In this document: positions 25,650 through 35,307 of the stretch, piece by piece | Position numbering within the stretch: position 1 is the first letter of the stretch | How the letters are laid out: each line of letters starts with the position of its first letter | Origin: Gnetum montanum | Taxonomy: Eukaryota > Plantae > Gnetophyta | Direction: 5' to 3' | Length of the DNA: 64,000 bases | NCBI GenBank assembly: GCA_015680685.1 | Contig: MNCI01001978.1 | Location: 275,311-339,310, forward strand | Translations under genes and position numbers: made by a program | The notes under the pieces: model-generated | The model's input: the letters and a program-made list of their open reading frames with translations, nothing else | What the model was told of the DNA's origin: nothing | Databases searched by the model: none

Positions 25650-26017
25650 CTAGTTTATAGTCTTGGAAGATTGTCATGGGTTAGTTTTATGTCATAACCC
25701 GTTGGACATTGCCTGTTTAGCGTCGTGACAGACGTTACATTGCCAGTTTCTAGTCTTAGTGGACTATGGAGAGGCAAGCTAGTTTATAGTCTTAGAGGAC
25801 TTGATTGGTTAGGACAGTGGCAGTTTATTGTCATGTCGGACGGATGCTAGTTTATTGTCCTTGCAGACACTGTGGTATTAGTTTTAAGTCATAACCTAGG
25901 ACTATGCTGTGGTATCAGTTTATAGTCGTAATTCCAGGACTTGTTGTGGTATCAGTTTATATTCATAATTCCAGGACTTGCTGTGGTATCAATTTATAGT
26001 CGTAATTCCAGGACTTG
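25650..26017. repeat. 3'UTR cluster of about 11 AGTTT-NN-hairpin motifs, the last 3-4 forming a ~37-38-bp tandem repeat
   Basis: GTGGTATCAGTTTATAGTCGTAATTCCAGGACTTG repeats, with diverged copies upstream. Confidence 0.85.
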
Positions 26018-26036
26018 CACATACCTAAACTTGTAC

Positions 26037-27180
26037 TTAAACGTAGAACGGTTTTAGATACTGGTGATTGGTTGGATTGGCAAGCTCATTCCCTTCCATG
26101 TCAGCTAGCTTGAATGCACCATTATCGAATGCTTTGATGATCATGTAAGGCCCTTCCCAATTGGCTGAGAACTTGTCCGGGTGTTCCCGAACAGCCTTGA
26201 GCATGAGTTCACCTTCTTTGATGGGGCGTTTGTTGATGTCATGTTGATGTCGCTATCGTTGTTGCTTTCGATACCATTCGATCTGATCGAGCACGCGTAT
26301 GCATTCTTCTTCTGCTGAATCAAGGTTAATGGTACGTAGATTATTTTTTTGCTTGTCGTTGAGGAGTCCAGAGAGCGTGATCCTTAATGATGTCACCTGT
26401 AATTCTAAAGGTAAGACAGCTTCTGAACCGTAAACAAGACTATATGTCGTTTTACCTGTTGACGTTCGGTGTGTGGTGCGGTATGCCCATAATGCGTACA
26501 CTAATTGATCGTGCCATTTTCTTTTGCTTTGGGTCAGCATTTTCTTAAGTATTATAACGATCATCTTATTTGTTGCTTCTGCTTGCGCATTGCTCTGAGG
26601 ATAGTAAGGAGAGGAAAACGAGTGTTTGATCCCTAGACTGTCGCAGAAAGTTTTTGTTTCGGCACTGCTAAATTACGGCCCATTGTCAGTGATGATTGCC
26701 ATGGGAATGCCAAAACGGGTTATTATGTTTTCGAGGATGAAATTGCACACGTGTTTAGATGTGGTCTTTCGGAGGGGAATAGCCTCAACCCACTTTGTGA
26801 AGTATTCAGTAGCGGTTATGATGAAACTGTGCCCTGCAGAAGAAGAGGGTGTGATTGGTCCGATGAGGTCCAAACCCCATTTTTGGAAGGGCCACGTGAT
26901 CTATGCTGTGTGCAACTCATTTGGTGGGACATGGATTAGGTTACTATGCTTTTGGCAAGTTTCGCATGTTCTAACCTTGGAGAGACAGTCGTACTCCATA
27001 TGCGGGCAATAATAGCCTAATCGTCTTATTTTCGTTGCCATGGCCTTAGGCGCAATGTGTCCTCCGCATAGTCCCTCATGTATTTGTTCAACTATTGTTT
27101 GGGCCTCAGTACTACTAACGCATGTTAGCAATATGCCTTCGTAGGATCGATGACATAGTGTGTCCCCTACGAGGGTGTAT
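26037..27180 (-). pseudogene. pol: Integrase domain of pol (HHCC, DDE core, GPY/F), with stops and frameshifts
   Basis: QIHEGLCGGH...CETCQKH; MDLIGP...EYFTKWVEAIPL...IITDNG; WAYRTT...YSLVYGSEAVLP; PNWEGPY...LKPFYV, stop at 26037-26039. Confidence 0.93.
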
Positions 27181-27399
27181 TACCTAGAACATTTCCGCAC
27201 CGCATCTTTCTGTGCATGCGTTAGATGTCGTGGTGTTTCGCCGCATAGAAGGTACTCTTTTATGTCATCATACCATTCCACCACGTGTGTTGTATGAACA
27301 GATGCAATTGGCAATGTGTCAGGGGTATTGGTTATCGGTTCAGCGTAGTTGATTACGGAGTTTGGCAAGGCATGGAACATGTCGGGCGATATGTTTAGC

Positions 27400-27780
27400 G
27401 CTAATGTGGCCAACGCGTCTACGATGGTGTTATCGTTTCGAGAGACCTGTTGCACATCAATATTTTCGAATCGCCTCATTAAATGTTTTGCCAAGTCATA
27501 GTATGGTTGTAAATGTTAGGCTTTACATGTGTAAATGTCTGTAACTTGGTTTACGACCAATTGTGAATCTCCTCTGACTATAAGCCGTGTGATGTCTGAA
27601 GCCAGTGCTACCGCGAGACCTCTAAGGAGACCTTCGTACTCTGCTATGTTGTTAGTACAGTGAAAGGTGAAACGATAGGCAAAGGGTCGGATCTCCCCAG
27701 AGGGATATGTGATGATAGCGGCTGCACTTCCTCCTCGAGAGGTGGATGCTCCATCAAAGTTTAGAATGGCATCATAATCT
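27400..27780 (-). pseudogene. pol: Additional archaeal-type RNase H (aRH) domain
   Basis: LNFDGAS...CTNNIAEYEGLLRGL...VRGDSQLVVNQV...VSRNDNTIVDALA. Its position between RH and INT matches Ogre/Retand-type Tat elements. Confidence 0.9.
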
Positions 27781-27899
27781 TGGGGCACTGGGTCTATGGT
27801 GTTTATGTTCTCATCTAGGAATTCTGGATCTATGGTGGCTTGATCACATGTTGGTGACGTGGCCATTTGATCTGTTATGGCTTGACCCTTAACTAATGA

Positions 27900-29524
27900 T
27901 TGTGCTACATAGTACAAGTCAAACTCGGCTATCATGGCTTTTCATCAGGCTATTCGACTCGTTTCGTAGATGTTCCCTGTTATGGCTCTCAGTACATTGT
28001 CCTTACAGATTATGTAGACTTGATTACGGAAGAGATAATGTCACCATTTTCTTAGAGAAAAGACTAAAGCTAAACATGACATCTCCACATCGTTATACTT
28101 CTTTTCGTGGGCAACTAAGGCATGGATCAAGTAGTATACAGGGACTTCAGTTCCGCCATCTCGTCTCTGGCAGAGCATAGACGCGATGGACGATTCTGAA
28201 GTGGCAAGGTAGATGTAAAACGGTTTGTTGTTTTGGGGCAGGTAGACCGTGGGCAGTTAGGCAAGTGCTGTTTTGATGTTTTCGAAAGCTTCCTGACACT
28301 ATGGAGTCCATTCAAAATGGACATTTTTACGTAACAGGTGGTTCATAGGTTTTAGTTTGTCCGTTAATTTTTCTACGAAGTGCCTAATGAATTGTAGTCT
28401 ACCTTGTAGACCTCGAAGTTTGGTAAGGTTACTGGGTGGTTTCAGGTTGGTGATGGCCTTAACTTTATCAGGGTCTACTCATATCCCTGCTTCAGAGGCT
28501 ATGAATCCGAGCATTTTTCCTATTTTGACGCCAAAGACACATTTTTTTGGGTTAATTCTTAGTTTGTATTTTAAATAACGTTTTAAGACTAAGTCGAGGT
28601 CTTGTACGTGTTGTTCAGTCATTTTTAACTTAACCACGATGTCATCCTCATAATTGTTGAGCGACCGTAGCATATAATCACTAAAGATAAATGTCATGGA
28701 TCTTTGATATGTGGCCCCTGCATTCTTGAGACCGAAGGGCATGATGGTGTAACAAAAATTTCCCCATGGGGTCATGAAGGTGGTTCAAAGTTGATGTTCC
28801 GGGTTGATGCGTATTTGGTTGTACCCTGAAAAACCATCCATAAAAGATAGCAAGGCATGTCCGTCAGTCGAGTCAATGAGTTGATCGATGCTGGGTAGGG
28901 GAAAGTCATCTTTTATGGTTACTACGTTTAAATCTCGGAAGTCGATGCATAGGCGAATGCTTCCATTTTTCTTTGGGACGATGACCATGTTGGACACCCA
29001 TTCGGCGTAATCAACAGCCAGAATGAAACCAGCCTGGTAGAGCTTGGTGATCTCATTGTGAATTGCCAATTCCACCTCGGGTTGAACTTTTCGTGCTTTC
29101 TATTTTATTGGTCTTAGTTTCGGGTCTAGAATAATGTTGTGTTGGACAATTCTAGGATCTAGCCTGGGCATGTCCATATAGGACCAAGCGAATGATTTCA
29201 TGTTTTCCCTAAGCACATTCTGAATGTCTTGGGCCAAGTGTAGTTGTAATAATGTACTCAATTTTAATATTTTACTTTCCCCATCAGGCATGGTAATGGG
29301 AGTTTCAGCTAACGGATCTTCGGTGATGTTTTTGGCCTCTATGTCAAGAAATTTGGTCATTCCCCCGTAATCATCTGTTGTTCGCTGTGTTGAGGCTATA
29401 ACTGCGTCGTCCATCAGTGGACTTAAGTTGATGAAGTTTATGTCAATGTCCCATATAATGGTGCCGTATGGTCCGTCAATGGTTAACGGTGCGGTTAAAT
29501 GCTGGTAGTCCATTGAGCTTGTCC
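27900..29524 (-). pseudogene. pol: Reverse transcriptase and degenerate RNase H (tether) of pol
   Basis: FAWSYMDMP, EWVSNMVIVPKKNGSIRLCIDFRDLN, FMDGFSGYNQI, YTIMPFGLKNAGATYQR, YEDD (mutated YVDD), INPKKCVFG. Frameshifts are present. Confidence 0.93.
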
Positions 29525-29638
29525 CTGCCAATAAACCGATAGTTGCATGAGCAAAGAGGGATCGTTCTATGTCTTTTGGGGTTTTTAAACTATACGTACA
29601 TGTATAATGATGGATTATCATCACACCTGGACGCATGG

Positions 29639-29804
29639 TAGTTTGATGCCTTACTGGGCAGTGAGTGGCAGTTTAAGGCCGTACCGGGCCATGAGTGGCA
29701 GTTTAAGGCCATACCGGGCCATGATCGGGTGGAGAAATGGCAGTTTAAGGCCGTACCGGGCCATGGTTAGATGGGGAAGTGGCAGTTTAAGGCCATACCA
29801 GGCC
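29639..29804. repeat. Cluster of 5 AGTTT-NN-hairpin motifs (GGCAGTTTAAGGCCGTACCGGGCC)
   Basis: Visible 30-41-nt spaced repeats just upstream of the RT region on the element strand. Confidence 0.88.
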
Positions 29805-30245
29805 GTGATGGTAGTTAGCGTAAACGTGTAAAACAGGGTCCATGGAGGAACCAGGATGTAATAATCTCTGTTTTTAGTTAATTTTCATCAATTTTGGGGA
29901 AATTTTGGCGAATAGTAGAGAAAAAAGGCAAAAAGGCAAAATGGAGCGACGGCGGCGTAAGTGGCGGCGGCGTCAGCGTCAACATCATTGTGCGCTTTAT
30001 AGAGGGAAGGGGGGGTCCATTTGTTTTACTGGAAAGCGACAGCGTGAGCGACAGCGTAAACCTGCTAAGGCGTAAGCGTAAACCACAATACCCTAGCGTA
30101 AGCGTAAATCTCGGCGTAGACGCCTAAGACTGATCCCCAGCGTAGCCGCGGAGACCCTAGCATAGACGTTGAAGCTTAAACTTCTCAGCGCCAGCGTAGA
30201 TAGTTGCTCAGTGTAAACTTAGATTGTTAGCGTAGACACTCTGAG

Positions 30246-33200
30246 ATGGGCAAGGGAAAGGAAGTGGAGGGCCAGGGGCGGAAGGGTCCTGATCTAACCT
30301 TCACCGAAGAGACGGAGGCCATGTTACAAGGTCTACCCAGGCCAAAGATTCAATCGTGGCCTGCGACATCCCACAGGTAGGCTCTGATTCCTACCTCTGT
30401 TGTTTCTGTGCTATTTTTTGTTTTTAGCGTAGATGGTCTCGGCGTATACACCGAGCGTAGAGGGGTTTTCAGCATATACGCCAGTGTAACTGTGCAGCGT
30501 AGACGATGTTTATCAGTTTACTAGCATAAGCCCTTTTCTGTGTTATTATGTTAGCGTACGCTCTGGTGTGACTGAAGCTTGTCAGCGTGTTTGTCATTAG
30601 CGTAAGTTGTTTTTTTTTTTTGCAAAAGCGTATACGCTGAGGGTTTGCCCGGCGTATACGCCGTACGCGTACAGTTGTCTTTTGGCGTGCTTTTTTATTT
30701 TTCTGGCATAAACGGTTTACGCTGAAAGCGAGCTCGAGCATATACGCTGAGGGTTTCTTCAGCGTATACGTTGCGCGTGAAGGGGTTCGGGTGTCAGCGT
30801 AGACGCTGAGTTTGGTAGCGTATACACTGAGTTTAAATCACATTTTTAAGTGTTGGTCGGCGTATACGCTGTGTACAGCGTATACGTTAAGTTTGAATCG
30901 CATTTTTTACGCTAAGTGCTAACAGTTTGTCCGGCATATATGCTGTGTATAGCGTATACGCTGAGCGTGAATTGCGGGCATATATGCTCTATGTTTAGCA
31001 TATACGCTAGGCGTAAGTTGTGTTTTTCGCGCCAATTGTAAAGTTTGGCTGGCGTATACGCCCTGTGTGCAGCGTATACGCTGAGCATAAACAGAGTTGA
31101 TTTTTGATTTATGATGCAAACTTTCATTTTGTGGCATTGCGATTGATTGCAGGGACAGCAAACGCTTCCTTATTGTCGTTGAACTCGTCGGGGTGTTGAC
31201 ATGGGTTGGCCCCGTTGAGGATGGCGAGGTTCCTCCAAACCTAACTGTGGATGAAAACGGGGTTTGGTTCCGGGAAGGTGCTTGTGAATTCTTGGCCTTT
31301 CTGCTAGACAATTTTGAAGTGGCTATGTGGTCGAATTTTGACAAAGTGACTACGTGGAGTGTGGTTGATGCAATGCTGCCGGGGGCTGCCGAGGGTGTCA
31401 TGGTTTTCATTGAAGACATTGACGAGGGGTCATTTGTTAATGAGGATGGCACTACCCGCGGGCCCAGTGCAACACACCCGTTAACGCACGTGTGGGCGTT
31501 ACTGCCATGAGGGTTGGACTACCTCAATAATACATTATTCATAGCCGCCTGCACACATACTTTGTTCCAGAATCCTCCTGGAACAGTATACCAAATAGCC
31601 AGGTGGAACCATTTACATTTATCGCTTTCTTTTCGCCGTTTGATGTTGGTTTCTTGTTTGTCGACATGTATTCATTTGCAGGCCGAAGACCAACCCAGAT
31701 GGGACCTTGATTGAGGATGAAGGGATAGCCCTCACTCGTACAGCTCTGGAGGCATTTATGATGGGCCCTAACCTTCGTGGGACTGTGCTGAAGCAAACGA
31801 AGGATTCGATGGTCCACTTTCACAAGCAGTTCTCCAGAGCGTTTGCGATGTGCAAGGCTCGCGGGTGGCTTCATGAAGACTAGACTAACAACGAGCCAAT
31901 TTTCTCTCGTGATCTTGGCAGCACGTCTAGATCTACCACCGACGGTAAATGATAACACTTCTTAGGTATGTTAGTGGGTTCATCCAATTGCCTGGATTTA
32001 CACTGATATAACAACTTTACATTGCTTTTATAGTTAATATGCCTTCTAGTGAGGATCCGGTGACCACTGGACGAACCGAGATGACTTTGTCAATGAAGTT
32101 CAGAGGGGTGGCTAAGGCCCAGAAGTGGTTATGGAATCATGCTCCTCCATCCCTCGCTCATTGCCTAGATGATGCTGGGCTCATGGAGCTTTTTATGACA
32201 CCAAGTCCTAATGTTTCCATTGGGGAGATGATCGGGACTGTAGACTCCTTCAATGAGTCTGTCACATACTACAATACCCGGATTAAGGGTGTGAAGGTAG
32301 TTTTCCGTCTGTCGCCCGAGTTCTTTTTGGACCTATTTGGTGTACCAGCGGATGGCCTGAATGTAGTGTTAGACAGAACTCACAAAGAGCTCGAGATGAT
32401 CCGGGAATTGGAGGGCTGGCTAGGCGTAGCAAAGGGTACCAAGGGATTCCCGATGCAGGGGAAGGCGAAGGTTGTAGAAGTGAACGAACTGTATCCCCTA
32501 TTCAGAGCACAGGTATTTCCCAAAACGCTTTCCCAGGTGAGGTGCCTTGGGGTTGAAGCTGTTCGTGTGATGCGCACTGTTTTGGAAATAGGGATGCGAT
32601 ACAACTGGGCAATATTTTTATTAGCGGGCATGCACAAAGAGATAGTGCGATTGCGCTCAAATGTCGAGGCACAATCCCATTTCACGTTTGCATTTTTCGC
32701 CAGTTATCTTCGTCGTTTTGCCGAGTTCTTGGTAGTTCGCACAGATAACAAGTTTGTCCTGTGGGATCGGGGTCAACTATCCCACCCGTGGATCCATCAC
32801 TTGTATGACACGGCCAAATCCCAAGATGCACCCAAATGTATCGATGAATCCATTTCCATTACTACGGGGGGATCATCTGGTGGTTCAATCCACACATGTG
32901 ATAGTGTGGGGTTGGAGCCAGATGAGCTACCTTACACTGCTAAAAGGGCAGAACGGGTCATCAAGGAAACCGTCGGCCAAGCTAAAGCAAAGCTAAAGAG
33001 GCCTGAGCGCCTGGCTAAGGATGTTTATGGTGTGAGCCAGCCATGTGTGAAGCGGATACGCTTCAAGATGCCTGGTGAGTGGAACTCGCCTGCTTATTAC
33101 TTTAATGTTTTTATTCTGTTTATAACTTTCACCTCAATCGCTTACATGTCATGGATATATTTTTCCTTTGGCTTGATTTTTTAAAAAACAATAAGGAAAT

Positions 33201-34771
33201 AGGCTTTAGAGATGATCACGGAGGAAGAGGAAACCAATACGGGGAAAGACAATGAGGAGGGGCATACAGAAACAAGTCAAGGTGGTGGGATGGAGGAGTT
33301 AAGGGAGAAAACCACAGGAACTGAGCCGTTGGACGACCAAGGCAGTGTCGATCAAATGTTCCACAGTTTTCTTGAAGGAAATTTGGATTTAGGTGCTCCC
33401 CCAGGGGATGACAAAGGGCACGGTACATTTTTCCTTTTATCCTATTTAGTTGCCCCCTTTTTTGGGTTATATTTTTGCTTATTCTTATGTGGTTTTTCTT
33501 CTATCCAGATGAAGGTAGCGAGACCAGAACGGTACAGTTGGACGTACCCATGAAGATGGTTCCCCCTGAGAGGACCATTGAGGTTAGTTATTCTCATACC
33601 CATGAGCCACTTATTTGGTTAGAAATGCCAAGTAAGATGGATTTTGTGGCTGGCATCATGGAGGAATTCATTGAATAGATCCAAGAAGCCCACCCTGGTA
33701 TAGGTATGAATCACTTAAAGCTTTGGAGCTTCGCATCTTGCTTGTATAGTTTTGACATTTGTATTTATTTATTTTTTGTTTTTTACATGGGTAGGTGCTA
33801 AACTGAGATGGGATCCCTTAGAAAGTGTTAGCATGGAAAGCCTAACCACACTCTCCCCCGAAGTGGAGCAGGTGCCAAGGCCTATTTATGAGGGAGTTGC
33901 AGAAAGCCTTGCACACCATGCTAAGTCATTATAGACTTGTAGGCGTTCCATTGAGCAGTTGTGGCTGCAAATATAGGCAAAAGAAAAGGAAGTCTCTGAA
34001 TTGTCAGAGGAACGTGATGATTTAAAGGCTCGATACGAGTTCGTCGTTGCTAGACTAAGTGGAGATCGCTCTTGGTGAACATCGGAGGTTACATACACTA
34101 GGTATTGGAACCTTTTGAATAGTCATGCATCACTGACTCGGAGAATGGCAGAACACAAAGCTCAAATTGATCTCCTGAACCTTAAGTGTCAAGATTAGAA
34201 GGCGTTTGCTTCTAAGGTTCATAAGTGGGGTTAGGACGAGAAGAATCACAAAAATTACTACAAGAAGTCGCTAAAAGAGGTGTCCATCGAAAAGTGCCAA
34301 CTAGAAATGTTTGTGGAGGATTTAGGCTTGCATTCGGCCTTCAATACTTTTGCACAGAACACAACTGTAGAAATGGAGTCACCTACAAGGGTGATCACAA
34401 TAGCATCTGGGGAAGTGTCGGTTGGAGAATTTCCATTGAAACGTCCCACCTGGTCAGCTGTCGACAAAGGGAAGACTTTGGTAGACGTTGACTTAGGCTT
34501 GGATGGGACGGACTGGGCCAGTGTTTTTGAGGAAGAAATCCTTCTTCGGCTGGAGTTCAGCTTAGGGGGATCTACTATGGTAAGTGTTTTGTTCTTATGG
34601 AGTTAATTCATTGGATAACGTTTAACATTTTGGCATTTGCTTATTCTTATGCTGGTTGTTTGTTCTCAGGATGAAGGTGGTGATGATGCTCAGGAGGCGG
34701 GCCCCAGTGGAGCAAGGGCCCCTAATGCTAGTGGATCTAGAGAGGACGACCCCCCCTCCTTGGATGTTTAG
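30246..34771 (+). pseudogene. Antisense 8-exon accessory gene of the retrotransposon (1059 aa): FCP1/NIF-like pseudophosphatase, PMD/Transposase_32-like domain, acidic linker, coiled coil
   Basis: Exons 30246-30376, 31153-31602, 31682-31944, 32034-33074, 33210-33422, 33509-33703, 33795-34579, 34670-34771 sum to 3180 nt. All 7 introns are GT-AG and phase-compatible. The eight premature stops (31508, 31881, 33676, 33932, 33974, 34076, 34196, 34232) are all TAG/TGA, one transition from CAG/CGA/TGG. Confidence 0.82.
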
Positions 34772-35028
34772 TGTTTTGATTTTTGAGTTTTTGTTGTTTT
34801 TTTTTGAGTCAGATTTATACGGAAAATGTAATTTGGAAATTCTGAAATAGATGAGAACAGTTGAAACTTGTAATTGAACGATGTTGTATGTAAGAAATTT
34901 TTTGTTGATTTTAAATTTGGTTGCACACACGACATGATGTTATGATGTTTTTGGATTTGCTTTTCTATTTAAATGTAATGCACTGAAATAATGATAAACG
35001 GTACGTAAAAAGGAAGACAGGGTATGTG

Positions 35029-35282
35029 TAGTTTAAGGCCATTCCGGGCCCCATTGTAAACGAGCAATATTTTGGATAAATCGGATAAATTTCTTGATGG
35101 ACCAACCATTTCTGATTGTGGCTAGTTTTATGTCATTGCAGACATGATAGTTTAACGTCTTTCCGGACAAAGGGTGTTGTTTAATAATGTTCTTGGCTCT
35201 ATTATAGTTTGATGTCATTTCAGACTGCATGTAGTTTAACGTCGTTTCGGACGTACCGTAGTTTAACGTCATTTCGGACGTA
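35029..35282. repeat. Cluster of 6 AGTTT-NN-hairpin motifs, including a 27-bp tandem repeat (35205-35290)
   Basis: TAGTTTAACGTCATTTCGGACG-type copies immediately after the gag-PR stop codon. Confidence 0.85.
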
Positions 35283-35307
35283 TTGTAGTTACATAGTTTT
35301 ATTTTAA

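Noticed and set aside
25870-26017. CRISPR-like or hammerhead-like repeats
   Set aside because: No unique spacers or cas genes, eukaryotic context, and no CUGANGA...GAAA core in the correct arrangement.
30919-31958. Minus-strand ORFs of 177 aa and 139 aa between PR and RT
   Set aside because: Shadows of the plus-strand NIF-like exons, with no pol-like motifs.
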